A DNA stretch of 64,000 nt. Origin: a virus (Duplodnaviria; Caudoviricetes). This document shows, piece by piece, positions 1 through 9,866 of this stretch (position 1 is the stretch's first letter; every line of letters begins with the position of its first letter). The stretch covers positions 32,001 to 96,000 of IMG/VR virus record IMGVR_UViG_3300049892_000014; one strand, given 5' to 3'. The translations under genes and the position numbers were made by a program. Under the pieces are notes generated by a model, which was not told where the DNA came from, made no database searches, and saw only the letters and a program-made list of their open reading frames with translations.

Positions 1-2
1 TG

Positions 3-2138
3 GGGTTTAATGATATAGACCTAGACCTAAGTACTCTCCAGGGTAATATTATAGCAGTTGTTGGAGAGAACGGCGCTGGTAAGTCTACTCTATTGGAGTC
101 TATGGGATATGCAGGATTATATAGAACCTTCCCGTCCAGGGAGCAGGGTATACATAAGTATGTTGGTGGTAGCGATGCGTACATAGAGAACGACTTTACG
201 TGTGACGGTAAAGAATACCGCACGAAGATACTGATCAATCCAGCTGGTACTAGGGTTGAAGCGTATCTATTTGAAAATGGGGTGGCTATCAACGATGGCA
301 AGACTAGCTCATTCGATAATGAGATAGTTAAAAGGTTCGGGAGTCCTGAGCTTATCCTTTCATCAGTATTCTCTGCACAGAACAACGTTGGTAGCTTCCT
401 TGAGCTTCCAAGGCCCAAGAGGAAGGATCTCTTTATTTCCATGCTCAATCTTGGTATACTACAGGATGTGGCGAATTATTCGGCTAATATGGAAGCGCAG
501 TTTGAAGCGCAAGAGAGAGATTTAGCAATCAAGATCCAAACACTCGCACCGGCTTGCTCTGTAATAATACCCGACAAGGAATCTCTATCCAAGAAACAGG
601 AATCACTTGCCGCCTGTCTTTTGGATAGAGAGACAGAGCGTGATAGTCTGAAGGCTAAACTTGCAGAAGTGAATAATGTATTACTGGACCAGGTAAAGAA
701 ACAGACTGTGGTTAACAAGCTCACTCTAGAGATAGACAGTCTTACCAGTAAGAGGGCGGCAATAAGAAGTAATCTAGATAAAGCTAGAAAAGAGCTGGAT
801 AATAATATTGCCCCAACCGACGAAGAGGTTGCTAAACTTCAAGCTGAAGCCGATATGGTTGGTGTATACGAACAGAGAAAAGAGGATAAGGAGGCTGAAT
901 TAGCTACAGCTGAACGAATTGTGGCGGAGAATAAATTAGCTATATCTAAGGCATCATCTGAGGAGAGTTCGATTAAGCAGAATATATCATTAAGACAGGA
1001 GATGTTATCTAAGTGCATAAAAGACTCGGAAAAGCTAAAGGAAGTACCATGCGGGGGAGAGGGAGAATTCTCTCTATGTCCATTAATAAAAAACTCAGTA
1101 GACAACAAAAACCTATTACCATCAATGGAGTCGCATCTAGTGGAATTGAGCCAGAGGCTGTTGGATGCACAAGTCTACACGAAGACACTGGCACCTGTTG
1201 ATAATTCGTCGTCGCATCTCAAATTAGATATATTAGATCTGAAGCAGAGAATAGAAGTTGCAAGAAAAGCTAGGATGGATATATCTATATATAAGTCCAA
1301 AAAGAATGACAGTACTATATTAAAACAAAGGATAGACGATCTATCTACTCAGCTATTAGAACTTATAGAAAACATACAAGGAAAAGAAGAGGAGCGTGAG
1401 GATCTTTTAAAGCAATTGAGTTGCGCTATGGATGAGGAGTATACAACACTTACTAAAAATGTAGTATCTATAGATAACGACATAGCTTACTATAAGTCGG
1501 CTCAACATCAGGTAATGATGGATCTTGGTAAAGTGGACGCTATTAAAAAGAACGTAGAATCCGCTCAGTCTGAAACCAGGAAAATTGAAAAAGAACTTGA
1601 GCATCTAAGGAAGGAGAAGGGTGAATGGAGTCATATATCCTATGCGTTCGGACCTAAAGCTATACAGGCTCTAGAAATTGACAGCGCCGGACCTTGGGTT
1701 AGTGATTTGGTCAATGATTTATTACGGTCATGCTTTGGTACTCGGTTTACTATCAACCTGATCACACAGGCAATGAAAGCTAATAAGAGTGGCATGAAGG
1801 ACTTCTTTGATATCGAAGTAATAGATGCAGAGAAGAGTAGGACTGGATTAATCAATGACCTAAGCGGCGGTGAGAAGGTGATCTGCTCAGAAGCGATCTC
1901 CCTTGCTATAGCGTTATACAACGGTAACGTGGGTGGGGTAAAATGGGACACTCTGTATCGTGACGAATGTAGCGGGGCGCTGTCGCCCAAAAATGCTTTG
2001 CTGTATATTAAGATGTTGCGTCGGGCGATTGAACTCGGCAAATTCAAACGATGTTTTTTCATTGCGCATCAACCTGAGTTGGTGGATGCCTCTGATAACC
2101 AGATTATCATTAAGAAGGGAAAGATAGAGCTTAAATAG
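3..2138 (+). CDS. sbcC: SbcC/Rad50-like SMC ATPase (5' end outside the window)
   Basis: The frame is open from base 3. Walker A GENGAGKS lies upstream of the listed start, followed by SVFSAQ (Q-loop), a long coiled coil, the LSGGE signature, YRDE Walker B and FIAH. Confidence 0.9.
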   Translation, partial: GFNDIDLDLSTLQGNIIAVVGENGAGKSTLLESMGYAGLYRTFPSREQGIHKYVGGSDAYIENDFTCDGKEYRTKILINPAGTRVEAYLFENGVAINDGKTSSFDNEIVKRFGSPELILSSVFSAQNNVGSFLELPRPKRKDLFISMLNLGILQDVANYSANMEAQFEAQERDLAIKIQTLAPACSVIIPDKESLSKKQESLAACLLDRETERDSLKAKLAEVNNVLLDQVKKQTVVNKLTLEIDSLTSKRAAIRSNLDKARKELDNNIAPTDEEVAKLQAEADMVGVYEQRKEDKEAELATAERIVAENKLAISKASSEESSIKQNISLRQEMLSKCIKDSEKLKEVPCGGEGEFSLCPLIKNSVDNKNLLPSMESHLVELSQRLLDAQVYTKTLAPVDNSSSHLKLDILDLKQRIEVARKARMDISIYKSKKNDSTILKQRIDDLSTQLLELIENIQGKEEEREDLLKQLSCAMDEEYTTLTKNVVSIDNDIAYYKSAQHQVMMDLGKVDAIKKNVESAQSETRKIEKELEHLRKEKGEWSHISYAFGPKAIQALEIDSAGPWVSDLVNDLLRSCFGTRFTINLITQAMKANKSGMKDFFDIEVIDAEKSRTGLINDLSGGEKVICSEAISLAIALYNGNVGGVKWDTLYRDECSGALSPKNALLYIKMLRRAIELGKFKRCFFIAHQPELVDASDNQIIIKKGKIELK

Positions 2139-2167
2139 TTGACAAGCTGTATTGATTATGGTATATT
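2139..2167 (+). promoter_or_regulatory. sigma70-type promoter
   Basis: TTGACA-17 bp-TATATT with TG extension, upstream of ssb. Confidence 0.8.
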
Positions 2168-2206
2168 CAAAATCGGTCAAACAAAACAGACAAAAAGGAG
2201 ATTAAA

Positions 2207-2581
2207 ATGGGTATTCGAGTAAATAACGTGGTGATTGGTGGAACAGTTGGTAAAGATCCAGAAGTGCGCTTTACTGCAAATGGTAAGCCGGTAGCTTCTT
2301 TTTCTATAGCTATTGATGCAGGGAAAGACAAAGAGGCTGAGTGGTTTGAGGTAACCGCTTGGGAACAACAGGCAGAATTAGCTCAGAAATTCATCATCAA
2401 AGGCTCTCAGGTTATCGTTGTTGGTCGCCTGCAACAGAGCAAATGGGAAGAAAAAGATGGTGGAGGAAAGCGTTCTAAGGTGGTAGTCGTAGCTAACAAC
2501 ATTCAGTTGGTTGGCGGGAAAAGAAAAGAGGACGGCGGCGGGGAACCTGCTGCTATAACTGATGCCGATATACCGTTCTAA
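2207..2581 (+). CDS. ssb: single-stranded DNA-binding protein
   Basis: OB-fold motifs (GKDPEVRFTANGKPVASFSIA, VVGRLQ) and acidic tail DADIPF. Confidence 0.97.
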   Translation: MGIRVNNVVIGGTVGKDPEVRFTANGKPVASFSIAIDAGKDKEAEWFEVTAWEQQAELAQKFIIKGSQVIVVGRLQQSKWEEKDGGGKRSKVVVVANNIQLVGGKRKEDGGGEPAAITDADIPF

Positions 2582-3005
2582 AGCTAAAGGTAAGAATGTA
2601 GCTGAATTAGGGGAGGGGTTTTTCACACAACTCCTCCCTGGTTTAAAGAATGATAAAGATGGAATCCCAATTAAGGATTGGGTAAAGTATCTACGGATTT
2701 CTATAGCCGTGATTAGATTAGCCGAATATGATTATCTATCCCCTAGCGATGGACCGGATTGGAAAAGCGCAAAGTCTTTCCTGTTTGGAAAGAACAATCT
2801 ATTTACCACTGTATGTCAACTCCTAAAAGTAAATCCCAACATGGCAAGATTAAAGATTATCTCATATAAGAAATCTGGAATAGTTGGAGACCCAATCTTT
2901 AACTCCATGTTAGACGAATATACCGATAAAGAGACCCTATCATTAAATCCAACATCAGAAGATATTAATAGGATAATAGACAATGTGCGGAAAAAGCAAG
3001 ACTGA
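2562..3005 (+). CDS. hypothetical protein
   Basis: Overlapping operon arrangement. Confidence 0.6.
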   Translation: MPIYRSKAKGKNVAELGEGFFTQLLPGLKNDKDGIPIKDWVKYLRISIAVIRLAEYDYLSPSDGPDWKSAKSFLFGKNNLFTTVCQLLKVNPNMARLKIISYKKSGIVGDPIFNSMLDEYTDKETLSLNPTSEDINRIIDNVRKKQD

Positions 3006-3180
3006 TATATATTGCGACGATTGCGGCAGAAACCGGAAGCAGGATAGTACGATAATGTTGCGCACCTGTGGTCATATGCTATGTGATGTGTGTAATTATA
3101 ATGATGCGTGTTATAACGATGAGCCGTTTGAAGATTGGGCGGACATAGACGAAACAGATGAATTCTTTGAGGAGATATAA
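2983..3180 (+). CDS. small Cys-rich (Zn-finger/RING-like) protein
   Basis: CDDC...CGHMLCDVC. Confidence 0.55.
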   Translation: MCGKSKTDIYCDDCGRNRKQDSTIMLRTCGHMLCDVCNYNDACYNDEPFEDWADIDETDEFFEEI

Positions 3181-3905
3181 TGAGTGAAGCGTTAGAGGTT
3201 GTGTCAGTAGATGGTGATGTTGCACGGGCTGTCTTAGCAGAGATAGACTCTATCATTAAGAACACGGAACAGGTCGCTAATCATTCAGTAGCTAGAATGT
3301 CTAAGCTACTAGTGGAGGCTAAGAATGGAGCATATTGGGCAGAGCGTGGCTACAAGAATGAAGACGAGTATGTTAAAACTTTGCCGTATAGTCGGGCGCA
3401 GTATTATAATCTTATTGGGATTGGACTACACCTCGGATTCCTACCCGAAGAAACAATAGCAGAACTTGGCATTAAGAAGTCTGAGGCTCTTGTTAGAATT
3501 TCTAAGCATAGTCCAACACTCACAGATGAATGGGTAGAGAAAGCCAAGAAGTCCACACATCAGGAGTTTTTAAATGATGTTCGTGACTTCTTTAAGAAGA
3601 AGGATGATTCAGATGGAGAAGAGGTCGAGTGGATTAGAATTAAAGCCTCTAAGAGCCAGTCTAATGTAATTCACGAGGCTCTTGCGATAGCAGAGAAGAT
3701 GCTCGGCTCTGATAAGAGTCAGGCACATCAGATGGAAACTATTTGTGCTGAGTTTCTTTCTGGAAAGCTTGACAATGGCGATGACCGATTAGATAATCGC
3801 AACGGGTTTATTATTAGTATTATTAGTGGCCTAGCTAGACAGCTTGATCACGAAGCTATCAACGCTTTAGTTGGTGCGCTGGCCGGTGTGGTAGAGGGGC
3901 AATAA
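3180..3905 (+). CDS. hypothetical protein
   Basis: GGAG RBS, TAATG coupling. Confidence 0.7.
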   Translation: MSEALEVVSVDGDVARAVLAEIDSIIKNTEQVANHSVARMSKLLVEAKNGAYWAERGYKNEDEYVKTLPYSRAQYYNLIGIGLHLGFLPEETIAELGIKKSEALVRISKHSPTLTDEWVEKAKKSTHQEFLNDVRDFFKKKDDSDGEEVEWIRIKASKSQSNVIHEALAIAEKMLGSDKSQAHQMETICAEFLSGKLDNGDDRLDNRNGFIISIISGLARQLDHEAINALVGALAGVVEGQ

Positions 3906-3906
3906 A

Positions 3907-4098
3907 ATGAAAGCTGATCCTCAAGATCTGTTAACTGGAATATACGCAGATTGGGATTTAGTATCAAACGAAGAGAAGGATTACGTTACGGCTGTGGATG
4001 ATCTCCTAGCTGCCCGTGGACACCTATCTCCATTACAAATCAAAGAACTAAAGAGATTTCTACAGGAGGTCAAGACACGTGCCAGGGACAAACTTTAA
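3907..4098 (+). CDS. hypothetical protein
   Basis: RBS and operon position. Confidence 0.6.
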   Translation: MKADPQDLLTGIYADWDLVSNEEKDYVTAVDDLLAARGHLSPLQIKELKRFLQEVKTRARDKL

Positions 4099-4372
4099 GC
4101 AGAAGAGAGTTAAACTGACACCTGAAGAATACGAGAAATTAAAAAAGGCGGTAATGGTGCGTGATGGCTACCGTTGCCGCCTTTGTCTTTCTATGCTGAA
4201 TCTAAGTGTAGATCATATAGTTAAGCGTAGTCAGGGAGGTGGAGACACTATGGAGAATCTTAGGACTCTGTGTTGGATTTGTCATAATAAAGTGGATAAC
4301 GAAGCGGGGAGTCCGAAGAGTAAGAAGCTCTCTTGCGTTCCAGAAGCCTCGACAGAAGAGGGTTCTGATTAA
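4079..4372 (+). CDS. HNH endonuclease
   Basis: RDGYRCRLC...VDHIVKRSQGG..NLRTLCWICH. Confidence 0.92.
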   Translation: MPGTNFKQKRVKLTPEEYEKLKKAVMVRDGYRCRLCLSMLNLSVDHIVKRSQGGGDTMENLRTLCWICHNKVDNEAGSPKSKKLSCVPEASTEEGSD

Positions 4373-4603
4373 ATATTTCATCCACTAAATGTTTAGACAT
4401 GTACTTAGACATGTATTCATTAAACATCTCCTCTAGTGTCTTTGGGTTCATCTTATCTAAAGATGACATTACATGCTTAAGATCTTCCTCTTGATCATTC
4501 ATATGCGGCAAAAAACTCCTCGGCTAATTGTTTTCCTATTTTCTCAGATGCTCTTTTCATCATCTCGTCTAATATATCTAATGGACTTGGTGTGTTCATT
4601 TTA

Positions 4604-4903
4604 TTAAGAGAACGCATCACATGTGCCAGAGATTCCTCCTGGTCCTCTTCCATTACTCACCTCCATTGCGTTTAATAGTTTAACCAAAGCTCGACTCTTT
4701 GCTGATTCCCTATTTGAATAGTTACTCCATTTAATCATCATATAGTAGCCATTCTCGCCTTCTTTAGTGGCAGTCCATTGTCCAACGTAGCTTTGATATC
4801 CACCTATATGATCTTCATCTGGTCCGTAATAATCCCATTTAATAGTCCAATCATTATGAGTAGCTTCTCCACATAAAGCCACTTGAAGCCTGATACTATC
4901 CAT
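4604..4903 (-). CDS. hypothetical protein (true start downstream of the tRNA)
   Basis: The listed ORF 4604..5002 runs through tRNA-Thr; the ATG at 4903 follows the tRNA. Confidence 0.45.
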   Translation of the reverse strand: MDSIRLQVALCGEATHNDWTIKWDYYGPDEDHIGGYQSYVGQWTATKEGENGYYMMIKWSNYSNRESAKSRALVKLLNAMEVSNGRGPGGISGTCDAFS

Positions 4904-4914
4904 AATAGAACTAA

Positions 4915-4990
4915 TGGAGCCACTGGAGGGACTTGAACCCCCAACCTTCGCATTACAGGTGCGTTGCTCTGCCAATTGAGCTACAGTGGC
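4915..4990 (-). tRNA. tRNA-Thr(UGU)
   Basis: GCCACTG/CAGTGGC acceptor, TAGCTCAATTGGCAGAGC D arm, loop CCTGTAA, GGTTCAAGTCC T arm, encoded CCA. Confidence 0.93.
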
Positions 4991-5005
4991 CATTTTTCTC
5001 ATAGT

Positions 5006-5584
5006 CTATGAACACCCACTAGTTTCGCCGCAGTTAGTGCAAACATGACACGATCCAGATCGCTTGGTTAGCCCGCCACAGTTATGGCATGGAGGAGAGT
5101 CGGCTACCAAGCTTTCTGTATCATCAGCAAAATTAGACTCTACCACATCTTTGATCGGTTTGTCAATAGCGGGAGTTTCCTTTATCTTCTGTGCCAGATC
5201 TGTGTCAATCATCTTCTGCTCTTTAATCTCTTTCGTACCAAAGGTCTTACCTAACCAGCGGAAGATATAATCCACAATAGAAGATGCATAACCAAAGTCT
5301 TCTCCGGTAAACCCTTGAGGCGGGAAGCTCATATAGGATAACTTAGCAGCTAGCTTATCTATAGACACGCCATGCTGTAGGGCCATAGATGTGATAATAC
5401 TAATAGCATTAAACAATCCACCAAGAGTACTACCTTCCTTGGCTATTGCGATAAAGACCTCTCCAGGCTTCCCGTCCGCATACATACCAACAGTAACAAA
5501 ACCCTTTATGCCACTAATGACAAACTCATGGGTAATAGACGTTCTTGTTTTAGGTAACTTCTTCTGTCTTAATTCTTTAGTCAT
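5006..5584 (-). CDS. stand-alone TSCPD/C-terminal domain of class II (B12) ribonucleotide reductase (NrdJb-like)
   Basis: SITHEF..G..G.VTVGMY.DG.PGEVF...KEGSTL, SIVDYIFRWL, terminal Zn ribbon CHNCGG..RSGSCHVCTNCGETSGCS. Confidence 0.88.
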   Translation of the reverse strand: MTKELRQKKLPKTRTSITHEFVISGIKGFVTVGMYADGKPGEVFIAIAKEGSTLGGLFNAISIITSMALQHGVSIDKLAAKLSYMSFPPQGFTGEDFGYASSIVDYIFRWLGKTFGTKEIKEQKMIDTDLAQKIKETPAIDKPIKDVVESNFADDTESLVADSPPCHNCGGLTKRSGSCHVCTNCGETSGCS

Positions 5585-5595
5585 TTATTCATCCT

Positions 5596-5967
5596 TTATA
5601 TAAATGGGTTTGGTTCTACTTGTTGATAGCTACCAAGTTGATTTAGTTGGTTCTGCTGATGCCTAAAAGCCTGTCCGGCGGCGTAGCCTCCTGCAAATGA
5701 TCCAAACGCATTGCCGCACTGTATGCCACTAAATCCCGTAACTCCAGTACTACATATAGCGCCAGCTATACCTGTAGTCCCTATGAGTCCAACATTACCA
5801 GACGTTCCAGTTATTCCGGTATTACCAGTAGCTCCATAGGTATTTCTGATTTTAGGCGGGGTTGGATTTTCTTTTTCCAGGGCAGCTACCAGCCTTTCTA
5901 GTTCTAATATACTGTCAGACTTAAACTTTAATTCTATTTGACCTATCCACGGTATTCTTATTTTCAT
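5596..5967 (-). CDS. Gly-rich protein with G-x-x repeats
   Basis: GATGNTGITGTSGNVGLIGTTGIAG. Confidence 0.55.
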   Translation of the reverse strand: MKIRIPWIGQIELKFKSDSILELERLVAALEKENPTPPKIRNTYGATGNTGITGTSGNVGLIGTTGIAGAICSTGVTGFSGIQCGNAFGSFAGGYAAGQAFRHQQNQLNQLGSYQQVEPNPFI

Positions 5968-5988
5968 ATTAGCCTCTTGCTTGCAGGA

Positions 5989-6489
5989 TTATATTATACA
6001 CTCACGGGTAAAGAGTGTGGAATCTGCTAATTCTTTATCTGTATTGTAGCTTTTTGATTGGCTAATATCACGTTCAATATTGGCCATATTAACATCACGA
6101 TTTTTATTCCCTCTACTCTCCTCTTCTCTTCTCTTCTCTACTCTGTTGCTCCTTTTCTCTAGAGGCGTTCTATAAGTTTTATAGAGCTTTTCTTTTTCTC
6201 CTTCATTCACAACGATATAGCCGGACTCCAAAAGTGCCTCCCAATCAATTGGATCGGTCGCATTGATCGCTTGAGTGATCCAAACGGTGTCAAATGGTAC
6301 TAAATTGTTGTGCTGAGAACATAAAACAAAGATGCCAATTAAGTGTGCTTTTGAGACATCTTTTAATCTCCAAAATTCTATCTCATGCCACAGAGTTTCG
6401 TATAGTTTAATCCACCTAGGCTTATTAATCTTGTAATGTTGATACTTTTCCATATTACGAACACTCATCCACTGCTTGGTTTCTTCCAT
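5989..6489 (-). CDS. phage replication-initiator N-terminal-like protein
   Basis: WMSVRNMEKYQHYK..PRWIKLY motif followed by an EKRREEESR low-complexity tract, as in phage initiators. Confidence 0.65.
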   Translation of the reverse strand: MEETKQWMSVRNMEKYQHYKINKPRWIKLYETLWHEIEFWRLKDVSKAHLIGIFVLCSQHNNLVPFDTVWITQAINATDPIDWEALLESGYIVVNEGEKEKLYKTYRTPLEKRSNRVEKRREEESRGNKNRDVNMANIERDISQSKSYNTDKELADSTLFTRECII

Positions 6490-6518
6490 TCGTCTCTCCT
6501 TTTCTGTTTTATAGAGGC

Positions 6519-6581
6519 ACTCTACAATATTTCTATAAGAATGTCAAGGGGGTTGACATTCCAAAATGTTTGTGCTACTGT
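6519..6581. promoter_or_regulatory. back-to-back divergent sigma70 promoters
   Basis: TGTCAA at 6542-6547 (minus -35; -10 TAGAGT) and TTGACA at 6553-6558 (-10 TACTGT), forming a GAATGTCAA/TTGACATTC inverted repeat. Confidence 0.75.
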
Positions 6582-6587
6582 TGACGA

Positions 6588-7115
6588 ATGGAGGAACACA
6601 ATATGAGCGATTGTTCGGGTTTGATGTTTCCAAAGCCAAGCAAGAAAAGTAAGAAATCTAGCTTCGGCAAATCTAAGAAGGAGAAGAAGGAAAAGAAAGA
6701 AGATGTTATTGTCTTTGAAGCTGAGGTTGATAAACTTATTGATTTCTACGAAACGCATCGTGGAGACATGGTTAGTGTAGAGAATTACAGGTTCACTAAG
6801 AAGTTGAAAGAGCAAGCATCTAGATGGATTCTAGATGTAATGAGAACTCAAAAGTGTGATCGTGTTGAAGACGTTATCTTGGCATGGCAGAACACTGTAT
6901 TACATGCGGCAGAGAAAGCTCATCCGAGTCATAAGGTTGGATCGTTTATGAATATGTTCTGGTTACTTAAAAACGATTCTAATTACATAGATGTTATGGA
7001 AGGTAAATATGATAGAGCGTTCGGAAAGCCTGCCGAAAGGCGGGGAACTCAAGCGTGGGGAGATCCAAGAGATTTTGCAGGAGTTTCACGTGACGATGGG
7101 GACACCGTCATCTAA
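6588..7115 (+). CDS. replication-initiator C-terminal-like protein
   Basis: FMNMFWLLKNDSNYIDVMEGKYD resembles the (F)DWLL..N...VLEG.Y end of phage initiators; directly upstream of a DnaC-like gene. Confidence 0.55.
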   Translation: MEEHNMSDCSGLMFPKPSKKSKKSSFGKSKKEKKEKKEDVIVFEAEVDKLIDFYETHRGDMVSVENYRFTKKLKEQASRWILDVMRTQKCDRVEDVILAWQNTVLHAAEKAHPSHKVGSFMNMFWLLKNDSNYIDVMEGKYDRAFGKPAERRGTQAWGDPRDFAGVSRDDGDTVI

Positions 7116-7776
7116 TCAATGCAAGATATGCGGTGATAAGGAATATATTCTCCGCAAGGGTAGCCTAACTCCTTGCCAGTGCCTTATCATGAAGAAGCGT
7201 TTGGCGTATGCCGAATCCATAATACCAACAAGATATAGGGACTCGCATATTAATCGGCTGAAACCAATATCCACTATTAAGATAGCTATGGACAGACAAC
7301 AGAAGGTTATTGAGATCATTCAGTCTGATCCGCTTGGTGGGTATCTATTCTTCGGTCCCACTGGTGTTGGTAAAACTCATTTGATGTACGCTTTAGTGGA
7401 TCATGCTATTAGGGCGGGTCGACGCACAGTGGCGATGACGTGTTCGCAGTTCATTAAGATGTCCAGGGATTCTGAATTTAATAAGGAAGAAACGCCGCTT
7501 CTTGATCAGGATTTAATATCCATATATACTGCGTCTGAGGAACCGATGGGAAAGACGCTCCATGTATTTCTAGATGAGATGGATAAGATCAAGTTGAGCG
7601 AATACAGCCAACTTCTATTGTTTGATTTGGTCAACGCTGCCTATGATTATCCAAATAGAATCAAGATTACTATTACATCAAATCTTCCACCCGTAGACTT
7701 TGAGCAGGCGTTTGGAGCGGCATTTTTACGCAAGTTAAAAAGCATCAGTAAACCTATTATATATGGAGTCAACTAA
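6991..7776 (+). CDS. DnaC/IstB-like helicase loader ATPase (true start probably ~7096)
   Basis: CKIC...PCQC Zn site, GPTGVGKT Walker A, FLDEMD Walker B, ITSNL. Confidence 0.88.
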   Translation: MLWKVNMIERSESLPKGGELKRGEIQEILQEFHVTMGTPSSNQCKICGDKEYILRKGSLTPCQCLIMKKRLAYAESIIPTRYRDSHINRLKPISTIKIAMDRQQKVIEIIQSDPLGGYLFFGPTGVGKTHLMYALVDHAIRAGRRTVAMTCSQFIKMSRDSEFNKEETPLLDQDLISIYTASEEPMGKTLHVFLDEMDKIKLSEYSQLLLFDLVNAAYDYPNRIKITITSNLPPVDFEQAFGAAFLRKLKSISKPIIYGVN

Positions 7777-8717
7777 TGAGCGGTGGATTGGTTCAAATAT
7801 CTGAATGCGTTGCCGAGAGGTTTGCTGAGCTTGAGTCCATTAGAAGCGGGAATTTCTCAGGATCTATACCAACTGGATTTGATGAGTTGGATAAAATTAT
7901 GCAGGGAGGCATTCGTCCTTCCGATCTAATAGTAGTAGCTGGCCGTCCTAGTATGGGGAAGACGGCGTTTATGATGGCGTGTGCGTTAAATATTGCACAA
8001 CAAGGTCGGTCGGTTGGTATGTTCTCCCTAGAAATGTCTGCCAGGGGATTGGTTGGTCGTCTCCTATCTATGAAGAGTTTGGTTGATAACTCACACATTA
8101 GAACTGGTGAAGTGAACGAAGAGGAGATGTCTAAGTTAAGATATGCAGGAGAAATATTATCCTCGTTGCCTATCTATATAGACGATACTGGCGGTATACC
8201 GATACCGGAAATGTATAATCGCATCTTAGCTCAACCTGTAGACGTTGTGATGGTTGACTACTTGCAATTATTAGGTGGTCATGGTAATCTGTCTGAGACA
8301 GAGCGTGTAACCAGGGTGAGTCGGGAGTTGAAGGAGTTGTCTAAGACAGTTAAGTTGCCGTTTATGGTAGCGTGTCAGTTAAGCAGGTCGGTTGAGACTA
8401 GAAAAAATAAGAAGCCTATGCTGTCTGATCTAAGGCAGTCTGGACAGATCGAACAAGATGCCGACGCTGTAGTTGCTATGTATAGACCGGAAGTGTATGA
8501 TGACTCACCTGAGTATGCCGGATACGCAGAAGCTCTAGTCATTAAACAGAGGGATGGTGGATTAGGAACTGCCAAGATGGGATTCGCTGGCAAGTACAGC
8601 TTATTCTCAAATTGGGAGCCAGACGTGCCAGTGCCTTCCAGTGAGTATAACGAAGGTATGACCGCCGAGGAGTATTACGGGAAGAGCTATACTGATTTGA
8701 TCAATGAGGATTACTAA
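7776..8717 (+). CDS. dnaB: DnaB-like replicative helicase (C-terminal ATPase domain only)
   Basis: IPTGFDELD, AGRPSMGKT, FSLEMS, VDYLQL, CQLSR, SDLRQSGQIEQDAD. Confidence 0.95.
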   Translation: MSGGLVQISECVAERFAELESIRSGNFSGSIPTGFDELDKIMQGGIRPSDLIVVAGRPSMGKTAFMMACALNIAQQGRSVGMFSLEMSARGLVGRLLSMKSLVDNSHIRTGEVNEEEMSKLRYAGEILSSLPIYIDDTGGIPIPEMYNRILAQPVDVVMVDYLQLLGGHGNLSETERVTRVSRELKELSKTVKLPFMVACQLSRSVETRKNKKPMLSDLRQSGQIEQDADAVVAMYRPEVYDDSPEYAGYAEALVIKQRDGGLGTAKMGFAGKYSLFSNWEPDVPVPSSEYNEGMTAEEYYGKSYTDLINEDY

Positions 8718-9007
8718 TGAGTCCAAATAGTAAGTATAACAGAGGGAGGGCTAATGAGTACAAAGCGATGCGGATTCTTGAAGCTGCTGGATACTATTGC
8801 ATTCGTAGCGCTGGCAGTCATGGTTTTTTTGATATCGTGGCCTTTAATAGTACTGGTATGCGTCTCGTACAGTGTAAAACCAACGGACACGTGACAGCCC
8901 TAGATAGAGAGGGTCTTCAAGAATTTAAAGACCTACCACCTGGTTGCTCTAAAGAGTTGTGGATCTTTTATACTGGCAAGTCTAAACCTACAATAGAAGT
9001 CTTCTAG
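8717..9007 (+). CDS. Hjc-like Holliday junction resolvase (PD-(D/E)XK)
   Basis: GRANEY..MRILEAAGY..IRSAGSHGFFDIVA...LVQCK. Confidence 0.8.
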   Translation: MSPNSKYNRGRANEYKAMRILEAAGYYCIRSAGSHGFFDIVAFNSTGMRLVQCKTNGHVTALDREGLQEFKDLPPGCSKELWIFYTGKSKPTIEVF

Positions 9008-9018
9008 AAGGAGTCTAT

Positions 9019-9330
9019 ATGAAAGCTAAGAAGGTAGTACAACAGCGAGCGCCTAAACTATTAACAGCACCAGAGCGTGAGACTATAGTACGGATTAGCG
9101 ATGAAGATGACACATGGACTATAGCCACAGCGTCTCCTAAATACAAGAATAAGTTTATCAAGTTGGGTTGGGCTGGTACTGACATTGACGTGTATAATGG
9201 CTATGTTGAGTTCACGGTTCCAGAGAGATGCGTGACCTTCAGGAAGCTGGAAAAGAAAAAGGTCTCTCAAAGCACCAAAGATGCTCTCTTAAAAGCCCGT
9301 TTAAGTCGTAAATCTCTCAATAGCAACTAG
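9019..9330 (+). CDS. hypothetical protein
   Basis: AAGGAG RBS. Confidence 0.65.
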   Translation: MKAKKVVQQRAPKLLTAPERETIVRISDEDDTWTIATASPKYKNKFIKLGWAGTDIDVYNGYVEFTVPERCVTFRKLEKKKVSQSTKDALLKARLSRKSLNSN

Positions 9331-9494
9331 AATTTCGAGGTTAATTATGGTAAAGAGTACCAAAGGTCGGATGCACTGCGGTTATCATCCAAAATACACA
9401 GGTAAACGATATCCTACAAGCGAGTGCCTCGTTTGTCTGGAGATATATTATTTTGAGCAGAAGAAAGATGCGAAAAAGAAAGGGACGGCTAAAA

Positions 9495-9866
9495 ATGTCG
9501 GACATTAGAGTGCAAGCCTTCGCAGAGAAGGTGGTGAATAAGGGTGGTGGATGGAAGGGCAAGAAAGAATGGAGGGTTACTAAGGAGGTAATCCAGGGTA
9601 AAGAGGAAGACGTTCACGAACAGGTTTACGTAGAGGTAAAGACTAGTGGATCAGACTATATAGTCTATAACTGTCCGGTGTGTCAAAAACGCAACAAAAG
9701 ATGCGCTTATGATGCGAAGGTTGAAGATGAGGGAAATGTCCTGGTTTTTAGGTGTAATGGATGCCTAAGAATGGTCGAAGTTAAAAGGCCTATTAACCTA
9801 ACTATTCCGAGTGAAAACATGGTTCTTACACCTGGGCAATTAAAAGATAGACAAAAGAGAGGTTAA
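9495..9866 (+). CDS. Zn-ribbon protein
   Basis: CPVC...CNGC; start uncertain. Confidence 0.55.
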   Translation: MSDIRVQAFAEKVVNKGGGWKGKKEWRVTKEVIQGKEEDVHEQVYVEVKTSGSDYIVYNCPVCQKRNKRCAYDAKVEDEGNVLVFRCNGCLRMVEVKRPINLTIPSENMVLTPGQLKDRQKRG

